A stretch of DNA of 64,000 bases from Amoebophrya sp. A120. Taxonomy: Eukaryota; Protista; Dinoflagellata. This document shows positions 36,301 through 48,500 of this stretch, in pieces (the stretch's first letter is position 1; each line of letters opens with the position of its first letter). The notes beneath the pieces are model-generated. The model was not told where the DNA came from and did not search any database. It saw only the letters and a program-made list of their open reading frames with translations. The translations under genes were made by a program, and so were the position numbers. The stretch lies in the NCBI GenBank assembly GCA_905178155.1, contig CAJINV010000005.1, positions 6,656,153 through 6,720,152 of the forward strand. The letters run 5' to 3'.

Positions 36301-36391
36301 AAGTGCTGCAGCAAGTGCGTCAGCGGAGAAAGCAGAGGAGAAAGTACAAGAAGAGCAACCGATGATTGCAGTCCGGGTGCGCAATGTATAA
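33310..36391 (+). CDS. Hypothetical protein with a small N-terminal domain and long G/S/T/Q low-complexity tail; canonical introns plus one introner
   Basis: LRIQCGDKLFDWFDV..|ISAPDVLKILKENVAHYFKVPV|ENQVLFDEEG; long terminal ORF to 36391. Confidence 0.65.
33675..33893. mobile_element. Introner family G
   Basis: TSD ccgtg/cagtg; 224-nt removal gives an open frame, whereas the nearby GT-AG choice (225 nt) hits a stop. Confidence 0.88.
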
Positions 36392-36562
36392 GGATTGACC
36401 ACTTGATGTAGTTGCGTCGCGTTTTCTTTCTTAACATGGAAAGAAGATTAGTTGGGGCGTGATAAGAAAATTTTATGCACTTGTCCTATGGTATTGGTAT
36501 GTGCCTATGTGATTTAGAATTTAACACGACTCCGATTCTTCCAGGTATCTGACCAAGACGAA

Positions 36563-37328
36563 GTGATGCAGCAGGAAACGCCGAACTTAGTCGAAGAGGT
36601 GGAAAACCAAGACCAAAGAGCGCAACAGCAAGCAGGCGAACAAGAACAGGCGGGCCAAAATCATCTTGGTGAAAGAACGGCCGATGTTTCATCAGAAGCG
36701 GTGCAACAACTGGAGCAAGACGAGGCGGAACAGCCTGTTGATGTGTTTGAGAACCGGAAAAGGATTCTATTGCAGTTGGAAAAGGGAGACGTGGCGGATA
36801 GATTTGGTTTCTCGTCCGTTCCATATGCGCACGGAGGGTTGGAAATCACCCGGGTGGATCGAGGTAGAAATTTGTGTTGCAGAACTTTTATTTGCACGAA
36901 GAGTTCTTCTTTTTTGTAATAGTTCTAGTTGGAAATGATGAAACCACCATCGGGATTTTTTGAACCACAGGTGGCCTTCTAGCCCAGTGGAATACCGTGC
37001 GGAGGCAAGGGGGACCATCAGCCATGGTGGGATATCAACAGAGTTGAAAGTTCTTCGTTCACTTACATGTACACGACAGAATCTTTAGCTTAGCCAGCAT
37101 GACATAATTGTTTCTAGATTGAACATTACTTGGATCTTCATGCAATTCCGCATGAGCAAACACGTCTCGTTTGCATACCGTATGAGGAACGAAACTTCTC
37201 AACCCCATAGCCTGGTCGGGGACGTGATCTTCACGGTGAATTCGGTGGGGCCGGACGACGATGAGAAGATGCGGAATGAATTGGAGACGAGAATGATTTC
37301 GCTATTGGTGGTAAAGATGAGGACATGA
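36563..37328 (+). CDS. Small possibly PDZ-like protein, interrupted by an intron after about 36863
   Basis: RFGFS..GLEITRV and LVGDVIFTVN segments resemble PDZ motifs; acceptor not resolved. Confidence 0.35.
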
Positions 37329-39580
37329 ACATGGTGGTTTCATCATGATTGTGGGCGGTGAGCATGATGACGCTCGCGGAGCAAAGGAGGCAAAGGAAGA
37401 AAGGAGTTCACTTTGTGCTAGTACCGCAAAAAAGAAGAGAAACAAGAGAATGAATCATCTGCGGTACGTGCGGTTACAGTCCCCGGATGTGAAGAAACTT
37501 TTACGAAGAATTGAGTGTGGTTTTGCTGAAAGTCTGTGGCAGAAGAGCGCATGATGTTGCGTGCTACTGAAACAGCATGAGAACTACGAGAAAGGGAAAG
37601 CAGCTATGTTTTGATTTTAAGCATCTGGCGGACGCCGATACTTGTTTTGTGGCGCTGATGAAGTATAATAGAGCCCCACTAAATAGGCCGATTGCCGGTA
37701 GAAGATGTCTGTGTTCGCCTACTTTCGCGGGGAAGTAAGGAAGATGAAGAATGGCGCGCGGCTGTGCAGCGATTATCGTTTCGCAGTGATGGAACTGGGA
37801 AAAGCAGCGGAAGTGGCTGGAGACGGGAAAGACCGACCCGGACGCGAAGACGCCGCAGGGGAAGCGCGTGCCAGGGCTTGACGGCGTTGCTTCGCGGCCG
37901 GCCGCCCTGTGCGGCGGTTCGCTGGGGGTTCGGGAATCGGCGCCATGCGGTTGCGCCCGCGCTTGAGGCGCGTGGCCCGCCTAGCCGCAATTGCGCGCGG
38001 AGGGACCCTATGCCCCACCGAAATGCGCCAAAAACCTACCCGCGGCCCGGGCGCGGCCGAAACCTACCTCCCGGGCCGTAGTCACACCCAGAGCGGCTTT
38101 GGCATACCAATGGACTTTGGGGGGGTGGTGCGTCTGGCTTTGGAGGGCTTCCTGGGGTTGCGCAGCGCTTCAATGCTCTGGGCTGATGGCCAAACGAGGT
38201 GTGCGGAGCTGGTCACAGCCTGGCTGCTACGGGATGCTGGGTTTGCCGCCCTCCCACTTCTCGTGTTACCTGGGAGGCGCGGAGAGATGGCAAATAGGTT
38301 CGAAACCGTCCGACGGGGCGGCCCTCCGCGGCATGCTGATGGCCCGGGAGAGGGCAGCGCGGGCCGAAATATTGGCCGCGGCCGAGCGAGGGGGGGGGCG
38401 CGGGCGGCCGCATTTGCAGAATTCCGGCGCCGGCAGGCGCAGCGTACTGTTGGCCTCGGTCAAGGCGCCGCCCGCGCGGCGGCCCGCGTGTGTGCCGTGC
38501 TGGCCTTGGATTTGACGGCGGCGCGCGGCCCCCGCCGGGTTCCGGCGGGCGGGGGTTTGTTGTTTGCCTGGTGGGCCCCTCGTGCCATAGGTAGCGGGAG
38601 GGCTGCCTGCCGTCGGGGGGTCCTTCGGCGCCAAAATCTACCGGCAGCGGGCCCGCCCCCGTGAAGAACGGCGTGAGCGGCTCTATTGTTGCCTCTGCGC
38701 CGGGACTATGGCAGGAAGGAGGGGCGCGCGTCCAATTCCAAACACGCCCGGGCGCGCCGGCGCGCCCCGGCGCCCGCCGGCCGGCTTGGCCCGCCCGTCC
38801 GTCGTTGCTTGCCGCCTGTCCGAGGGGCGCCTTCAATCCTTCGGGGCGAGGGCAGGCCATGCGCAGCACTCGCGCAGCCGCTTTCCTGGCCTTGGCGAGG
38901 CCCAGCTTGAGGCGTGCCGGCCGCTTTTCTTCTAGTTTGCATGCGAGCCACCGCCCCGGCCCCGGCTGCCCCGGCCTTTGCCGCTGTGCCGATCGGCGCG
39001 CGGGCCGCGGGCGCGCGGGGGCCGCCCCCCCTGGTGCCCCCCACGATGGCCGCAGCTATCTACCTCCTTTGCTGGGGCGCCCGCCCGCGTTGCGCGCCGT
39101 GGCGCGCCCCGAGGCAGGTTTTTTGTGGCGCCCGCCCGCTGTGTCTTCCTTTGCGGAGAATGAAAAAGAACACGAGGCGGGCCGCACGCACCGGGCGGCC
39201 GGTCGGCGGCCGTCCGTCTGCCCCATCTGATCTCTTCTTCCAGGCTGTCAAAAGATCGCACTCCGGCTTGCCGTGTCCCAATGTATGAATGCTGCTGGAG
39301 GTGAGTCAGCCGTGTGTTCTCGGGCATCGTGGTTTTCATGATGTAGCTACACGAAAAATTTGCTCAGTAGACTTCTGCGGCCCTGCCTGCGACCGAAAAC
39401 GTATGCAGTTGCGAGCGTGTAAGAGCATTGTTGTCGACGCCGATCTTCGTTTACGTTTTTTACGCCCACGCCACGGCATTTCATCAACAGTAGCGAAAAA
39501 CTAACGCCTTTTGATAGAGGTTCAAAGACGCAGTACTCTACTTCCAACATCAAATAAAAACCGTGCCGCGTACTACTTAA

Positions 39581-42127
39581 ATGACCTTCACGCCTAAAAG
39601 TAGGGCAGGCCGAAGTTGCGCGGCGACAACCGGCGTGAGCTTCGCGAACCGCAAGTCTGGTCGTGCTTATATTCTACGTCCGCTCTTTCGCAAGCAGCCA
39701 GTAAACCACCTATTTCCCGCTGCTCGTCTAGTCTACTTCCTCTCTACAACCACTTTCTTCACAGCCTCAGTAACAGCCTCTCGAGCTGGTCTCTTCAACT
39801 GTGCAGGGTGCTGCACGCCTACTAGTTCTGCTGCAGCCGTCGCCGCGGATGCCGCCGCGGGGAGCGTGAACGAAGGTGCTGCACCACAACAAAGCAATCC
39901 GAAACCCACACCAGTGCCGAATTGCTGTCCCCTGACAGCATCCAGTTCCGCATCCGCTTGTCGAAACTTGTGGACCGCAGCGGGGGAACGGATCCAGGTT
40001 ATTAACAAGTCAGGACAACAAGAAGTGGCAGTGGGACCGACCGAGGGCGCGAATTCTAGAAGTACTACTGCCCGCCGTCGAAATGACCCTTACTGTCAGC
40101 ATACTGCAGTATCAGCCCCAGGAGAAGATGAAGAAGGAAAAAATGCCCCGGCTGGCGTTAACCTTCCTGTTGTGGCCGCACCAATTGCCGCCTTCGGGCC
40201 CGAGGAAGAAGTCTGTATCAATGCAGACAGGCAAGAACAGCCTTCTGTTTTCACTGGTCTGGAAAACTATCACAGGAACAAGCAGCTGGAACCGCCTCTC
40301 ACCCGTCTCCAAACGGAACTAATCAGGGAGCTGGAGAGCCAGAAGCAATCTGTGATGCAGACCGAGCAAGAACTTGTTCTCGGGAGAACCTCCTCGAGGT
40401 TCGCGTCGGCCGGAACATCAAGTTGCGATTCGTATAATGATCGCAAAGAGGGCGGACAGGTCCAGGATCAGATAAGGCGCATTGAGCCGGAGTACGAAAA
40501 TTTTCCTGGGTATCAAGAACATGTCCAGCTGCCCACCGGCGTAATCGGCGTCGACGAGCTTCCTCCGCCTGGGGGTGTTGTCGGGCAAGTTTACTACGAT
40601 CAAACCTCCACAATTATCGGGTCCCCCCTCCCACCCTGCTCTTGTCCAGACCTCGCCTACATCTGGGAAAATAGGAGGAAGACTTCTAATGGCGGAACAG
40701 GTACTGCAGGAGATGATGCAGCAGCTGCTGCCGCTGGTTCAACCACAGAAGTCGGGGAAGCGGACCGCGGGGCAGGGGTCGTGGTGTGGAAAAGGCAAAT
40801 ATCACCTGCAAAAATATCTGGGTCGGGAAGGATGCGAACTTGTGATGCGTGTTGCGGAGCATGCAATTGCAAAAATCTGTGTTGCATGACTTGCAAAAGG
40901 TCCCTACTTCTGGCCATGTTGAGAGACGGGCACTTCTCATGCAGAATAGGCATTAACAAGGGGCTGCAGAAACTGTGATGCTAGGCCCGGCATTACAGAC
41001 TTGGCGGGGCTTGGAAAAACTGCATGACAAATCTCGGAATCTTCCAGACACCCAGGGATATTTGCACTTGATAGCAAATCTCTCCCTCTCTGCCAGCGGG
41101 GAGTCGAAGCGTACACCAGCCGCCGATTCCGCCGAGGCTAGTGGAGGGGAGGGAAGAATTGGAGCCAAATGTCCAACCGGCGCCGGAAGTTCCGTGCTGT
41201 TCGGATGAAGATGTGGACATGTCGCTGCTGCATGCGCGGAATGCGGATTCGGTTTCAAAAGTTTCATCCCCGGCTGCAGCGGCCAGCACTGAAGCAGACG
41301 TGAACGCGAAAGCGAATGAAATTTCGCTTGGGAAGATGAATCACGGCTCGACTGGTGAACAACAGGACCACGACGGTCAGATGAGCCGCGGCGCGGGGGA
41401 AGATCCAGACGCAGAAAAAGAACCGTTCGATCGTGCTTTTCTCTACAAGAGCCAGCTTCCCGAGGACTTGACGAAACAAAATCGGAAAAAGCGGACTGGT
41501 CGGGCGGTCACGGTGGATCCGAATCTGTTTCGAAGTTCGATGCCTGGTGTAGAGAGTGCGGGGCGGGGAGAACAAGATGAAAAGGAGGAGGACTATAATA
41601 TCCCCGGAAGTTGTACCCTGCATGACAACAAGGAAGAAAAGCGAAACAGAAAGCCGCACCAGAACTCGCAGCCAAACGGCGAAGATGAATCTGTTCTTTT
41701 TCAAAGCGAGCACCCAGCACTGCAGGAGCAAACCGATGGAGAGATAGGAGAGGACCAAGACGAACGCATGATGAACAACGCAGGTCAACAATCAGAGGCA
41801 GGAAACAAGGCTGACGCAGCTTTATGGAAAAACACAACTAGAACCGGGTCGAAACATCAGAACCACTCCAGAAGCGCATCCAAGCAGTCCGGTACTAGTA
41901 GAGCAGGTTCGAAGCAATCAGTAGCGCGGGTTGCGGCTGTGATCCAGCAATTGGATGCGGGCGTGAGCAGTGAGGATATCAGGCAGGATGTGGTCGGAGA
42001 AGGTATAATAGCAGAAGAAGAGGAGCTGGAGCCGACTACAACTACATCTCCACCTGCCGCAAAAATCGTTACGACAAAAAGAAGCAGCTCGTTCATGACG
42101 CGGCAAAAAACTTTTCAAACGTTCTGA
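39581..42127 (+). CDS. Hypothetical protein, one introner
   Basis: ORFs 39581 and 41141 join in frame after removing 40800-41078. Confidence 0.7.
40800..41073. mobile_element. Introner family A
   Basis: TSD gcaaa/gcaaa; sibling of 63586. Confidence 0.9.
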
Positions 42128-44164
42128 GTTTTGTTGCACTTTTAGTATTTTATGGGCGAATAAAAGAACAACCTTAGCAAACTGAAGACTTACTTTTCCT
42201 GCCTCGTACTTGTTTGTATAGTGTGGATCAGGAAACCTTATGATCGAGCTTGACTTGAAGCTCGCAATTGGTAGTGTACTAAGCTAAATCATGCTGACTG
42301 GCCCTAACGCTGGCTTAGGCTTCTGTGTTGATGCACAGCAGGAATGAATCGGTCGTATGCGTATCTATGTGCAGGCACAAATATTCAAAAGCTGTTAGGT
42401 GAGTAGAAAACTCTCTTCACAACATCTTACTTTTGCATGCATGTCGATGATCTAAGTAATGTTGTCCTCTGTCGTTGAATAGATACTAAATGTAAAAATT
42501 TTTTCTGAATGGTGTAGTTGTATTAATCGAAAAACAAATGATTGCTTCCTTTTGCCCTGCCTCTGCCATCAAGAAAGGGGAAACTTTACACGAAAACGCA
42601 AAGAATCAATTCTCATGTTGTCCGTAGAGGATTTTTGTAGAAATTGGACTACATCAACATCATCATTATGAAGAGGATGAATGTGGTCCTGCTACCCACC
42701 AGGACATAGGTTTTCAACTCCGATTCTGGTCCTGCTACCCACCGGGTTGACCTTCTTTCGCGAGAACATCGCCACGGTTGGCATCTAAATTTAGACTGCT
42801 GCGGCAGTTTGGGGTTTACATCCGTCTTGCGGGGCAGCTGCTATCCAGGGTCTGCCCGACCCCGCGACTCTCTTCTCGTTGCGCTTCTTCTGATGTAAGC
42901 GGCCAGCGTGCGGGCTTCCGCTTATGTAGTTGCTTTCGGCGCACGCACGTCCGCGTTATTTGCTTCTACTTGTGCTGCGCATGCGGCATTGTCGTTCCCG
43001 GTACCTGCGCATTTATTCAGGCCGGACCTGCGGGTTCAGCCACAATTCGCAATTGTCTCGACCTTTCTACTCTGATTGTTATTGTTTGTAATATGGGCCG
43101 CAGTTCGAGTTCGTTGCTGTACTTTTGCGTCAGGTTCATATTCATCGTGCAAGACAAAGCATCACTCGTATTCCATCGTGCGGGATGTAATCGCGAGGGA
43201 CAAATTATATAGCTAACGAGGAGCAGCACAAAGACAACGGTAAATTACATAAACAAGGAAATCGGAAGGAGGTCGATAGATCAGGAAACGTTTATTTCCG
43301 GTCGGACTCGGACTTGTAGAAAAAAGGAAATCGTTTTAAACACAAAGAGGGTCGTCGTTTTCAACAGATGTATCCGAGAAGCAGAATCGTGGCTAGTGAT
43401 AATGATCGTGAATTACTTAAAACTGATAGATACTTTGCGTTAGTCCGTCAGCGTCGCGTCTATACTACGTTGTAACTGCGAAAGTCTCGGATTCGGAAAG
43501 CAAATTGTTTGGCTCTTGAAAGAAACTGTACTCCAAGAACGAGAAGCATTTTCAGGAATAATTTTTATTAATTTTTGTTTTGTTCCAAGAATTTTTTTTT
43601 CCTATATTCGTGCGGCACGCAGTCTAGCACTCAGAAAGGAGAAAGATGGCACGTATTAAATCGAAGTGCGGGAAGCGCTTGAACGTGGGTACGCAGTTGC
43701 TGGCCTTGCCACTGACCGCGCCGGGAGAGGATCATCTGTGTACTTTTTGTCATCTTTTGAAGATGTTTTTGAGGGTTTAGTTCTTGGCCGTGGAAGTGCC
43801 GAGTAGGATGATTCGAAGTGCGGAAGCTTGCAGTTCTCTTGAAGTACATATTCCGGACAAATATTGGATCCAACTAAACTGAAAAAAATCAGCGTGGTGT
43901 GTCAATGCGTACGAAAACTTGCGTGGTACGCAGAACATCCCGCCCCTGGATGAGGACGAGCAGACTGGCATCCCGTTGAGCGATGTGGTGCATGCGGATG
44001 GCTCGGTATTTGAATCATGAAAAAGTTTTCATTATTTTTCGGAAAAAGGACAGGTAGTTCTTGTATGACTTTTTCACTATGATGCACAAGCACAACACTA
44101 GTGCTACGAGATTTGAGTGCTCGATGCGATTCTGAGAAGAGAGAACTCTATTACGAATGACAGA

Positions 44165-44484
44165 CCTTCGTGTTGGAGAAGGAACTGTTGGTGAACACGC
44201 AGAATGAGAAAACGGAGGAGCAGAAGGAGAAGAAAGTAGTGGAGAAGGCGACGCGGAAGAAGGTCGTCTCGGAGCTCCGCCCGACGGACAAGAACGACCC
44301 ACCGCCGCCGAAGGAGGCGGATTACCCCGATTTCGACAAATACAAGCAGGCGAATGAGGAGTACCTGAAGAACGCGCTGGCCACACCAGTGAGGGAAAGA
44401 ACGAAGAATCAGCAGCAATGGCTCGCGCAAAGGGAGAGAAATAGGCAGGAGTCATGGGCAATGGAATACGGCAATTGGATGTAG
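44165..44484 (+). CDS. Terminal exon of a small hypothetical charged protein; upstream exons probably from about 43646
   Basis: GC3-rich coding-like ORF after a cag acceptor. Confidence 0.45.
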
Positions 44485-45579
44485 CTTTCCTCTAGGGCGG
44501 AATGGTCAAAGTGCTGACATGATCGACTAGTGCTAACAACACTTTAGGCACTGCAGGAGTAAAATGTATAGTACGGTAGATCGACGGAGGAACAGTTCCT
44601 ACAAGAGAGAAATGTAGTTTATTCGAAGTGCTAATATTTTATCCGAAATCCCCCATCGATGTCGTCCTGGTTGTTGATACAGTAAGTGTATTTTGTAGGA
44701 TTAGGAGAACATCAAGCAAAGTGAAAGTAGCGCTTTTCTCATTGTTTCGCTTATCATGCGTGCTCGCTTGTTTACGTCAGACGTTTACTACTGTACGAAC
44801 AGATCTGCTTCACTGCCTGCGCAAGGAAAGCTCCTGACCAGGTATTGAATGATGCCTGTCCGAAGTTTCTTCACTTTCACAAAAATAAAAGTTGCTTTAA
44901 TAAAGTTTACCCTTACAACGTACTATGGTTCCTCTGTATCAAGTCGATGACTTTGTGTATGATGTAATCGCGACGTCGAAATCAAATGCCCTGGATCAAA
45001 ATGCAAAGCGTGTTTCGCATCTTTCTTTTAGCGTAACGGTTTGATACTGAGTACTCACGAATTTGTTCTGTTTGAGGTTTACATGGCACTCGCACAATGA
45101 AAAGGATGAATGTGGTTTCCAATTCCGATTCCGGTCCTACTACCCGCCGGCTTGACCTTCTTTCAGAAGAAACTCGCGTGTTCATCGCTGCAGCAAAAAG
45201 ATCACCACCAGTAGTAGATCAAAAGAGAGAAAAACTGGGCTCCGATCATCTGAAACGAATCAAAATCTCGTAGATCAACAGCCGTATTGTTCTGAAGCAT
45301 CACGTCGGTTGTAACCTTTTATTTCTGGCAACTGGGCTTCCTTGCCATTTTGCCACGACGTGGAAGATTCCGATCTGTTTCGTTTGCTCGATACAAGAAC
45401 TTCCGATGTTCTGCTTTCCGATTCAGTTATGCCCATCATGTGTGTAGAAGTTTGTGACTCTGTGAGGATATTGATTGTCGATTTATTTTGCAACACGGAC
45501 CAATTTCGCACGATTGTACAGTAGCTTTGTGGAAGTATTAGTTGACAACTTCTAAAGCTCAAATTAACACTAATCTATC

Positions 45580-48500
45580 ATGGCTTCCTCCAAGCAGAGG
45601 CAGCGGCAGCCCGTCGCTAGTACAATTGCCGAGGCTTCCAATAAATGTGGCGACACTTCTTCGGGTTCGAGTTCCGCCGAGCAGGATGTTTCAACAGCGA
45701 CGACACCAGGCACCAGCAATTCAAAAAAACGCCCGGCGTCAAAGATTACGAGCAAGCGAAGTAATTCCAAAGAAAGCGTTGAGGCTGGCGCGGCAACATC
45801 CTCAGGGAAAGACAAAGACAAAAACAAGGAGAACAATGCGAAACCAAATAAGCGCCGCCCCCGCCATGAGATCATCGCGGCTTGGAGCAGCAATTTTGTC
45901 GTCGTCGCAATCCTTGCGTATGGCGCTTTTATCGCACGGAACTTTTACCAGATGTGCTACCTATCCAATGCAAAAATGTCTAGGTCTGGAAGCAGGAAGC
46001 AGCTTGTAATGCTACCTTTGGAATCTACATAAAATCTGTATTGCATGAACAGCAAAAGAGTCCCAACTTTTGCTACGCGGAGAGGGCATTTCTCATGCAG
46101 TATGAGCATCAGAAAGCCATCGCAGAATCTCTGATGCTAGGGCATGCATCACAGACCCTACGGGTCATGCAAAATCTGCATGACAAACTCCAGCATTCTC
46201 CGAGACCCAGACATATTTGCATTTCATACTACCCGAACTTCGAGAAGTTTCACCCAACATCTGGCGAGGAGGTGCCGTTTTATGCAACAAAGAGACTGTG
46301 TCTGTGTTAGCGTAGCTAGGTGTCTTGTTGGAGTGACAGCATGACAAACTTGCTCCGCATGACAAGGGAAGCTTGTCATGCATGGCTAGTAGATACGTGA
46401 AAACACACACGAGAAAAGAGAACTTCGTGGGTGTCTGGCATGACAATTTTAAACTATGTTGCATTTTCTGCATCACAGACTGACGCCACACTGTACACAG
46501 TTTTTTCCCTGCATACGTTTGTGAAGAACTTTATCAAAGTCGGAACGGAACTGGAGGCGGTGGTGGAGCTGATATCGGGGGAAGGAGCTGCGGGTGGAGG
46601 AAAGACAACAAGTAGTAGAGGTTCTTCATCAACATCATCAGACAGTCAAAGCCGAAAAGAGGTTTGGCGGTTCGATTTCAAGTATGATTGGGACGATTTG
46701 ATCCCTGCGAGGGATGGAACATCAAGTGCTAGCAGCGCTGCTGCAACCGCATCAGAAACCACAGCCGAGGTCGGCAAAAACACGGACAAGAAATCTACCT
46801 CCACCAAGTCTGTCGACAAGAAATCCCTCGAGAAATTGAACATTCCGATCAGCATTCCGGTGGAGGAGGTGTTTGCACCAGAAACCGAGCAACAGATCCA
46901 AAACGGAAACAAATTCTACCGGGTGAAGGAGAAGTTTTTAGAAATTACGGTCCGGGAAAAGCTGAAAGACACGACCACTTCTTCGAAAACGCGAAAACCC
47001 GTGAAAATCGCCACGGCGAGGGCGTCTTTGTTGAAATACGTGAAAAAGGAACCCGAGGAGATCAATAACTGGACGAAACGGCGGTACAATTTGTTGATTC
47101 CCTACAACTTTCAACAACTGACGGAAACAAGAACAGAAGCCACAGAGGAACAGCAGCCTCAGATTGTCGAACAACCTCAGAAAAAGTTCCACATTCTCCT
47201 TGACGAGTACAACGAGTTTGAGGTATGCCTTGCAAATATGACTGGGTCCGGAAGGGTGCAAGGTTTATCATGCTTGTTTGGCATGACTAAAAAGTTTGTG
47301 ATGCGTGTCCAAGAAGAGATCCTTCTGCTTGTCATGAAAAAACGCAGTTTTTCCTGCGAAAAACGCAACACAAAGCGACGCAGATATTTCTCATGCGTGG
47401 CTGTGCATCTCAGAGCATTCACTACTCCCAACGCAGCATTACAAGTTTCTAGACCCAGACATATTTGCAGTTGATATGAGGAGATTAACTACGACAAAAA
47501 CTGGTTCGAGCAGCAGGAAAAGCTTTGCCCGGAGAAAAAAGAGGTGCTGCAGAAAAAGCAGAAATTCGATAAGGAGAACGAAGTTTTCAAAAACGAATTT
47601 TCCGTGATCCGAGGGTTGCCGAAGATGCAATTGAAACTCGTCTTTGACGTATCCCGTGTAAAAACGTCCCCACCTCATACCATAGTCAAGTTGGTACATC
47701 TGCAATACAAATCTCCAAGCTTAGGGAGTTTCGCATGACAAGGTTCCATCTGTAGTCTAGTGCTGTTTAGCAAGGGCAGCTGCATGAGAGAGCCAGGTCC
47801 TCATCCTTTTTACAGCATCACAAAGTCCAAAACACGATTGGAAACGCCTCTCATGGAGATGCGCATTACAAATGTTCCTGTCATTGCGTGTTGGCATGAC
47901 AGCTCTGGGGTGGGGACGTTTTTTCTTGCGATATGACGAAGACGAGTATCCCTGGTACTACTTTTTCGACCGGCCGCCGAAATCGACGAAAGGCGTATCC
48001 ACTGCAAATATGTCTGGGTCTGGAAGGATGGAACTTGTGATGCAAATTTCAGACAACACAAAGATCTGTCATGCATGAACGGCAAACGCAGCCCAAAACG
48101 TGGCACCTAAAGGGGCAATTTGTCTTGCAAATTGGGCACTACGACATCTTCTCAAGACGTGCGATGCTAGGCCTCGCATGCCAGACCTGCTAGGTCATTC
48201 AAAAGCAGCATCACAAACATATACACTCATCCAGACCCAGACATATTTGCATTTGATACGGCGGAAAGCGGTATTACCAGCCGATGGCGGAGGTGGACAT
48301 GTTTTGGCTGACCGATGACCAGTTGACGACTTTTAATGGGGAATATGACAGTGCACAACTCGACCTCCCCCCCTCATTTGTCGTGCAAAATACTTAATCT
48401 ACCCTTTGCCTCTTGGCACTGCCTGCATGACAAGTTCTGGTAGGCCAAATTGCACTACACTCCAGTGCAAATTTGTCATGCAAAACCGGCATTCTTGCTG

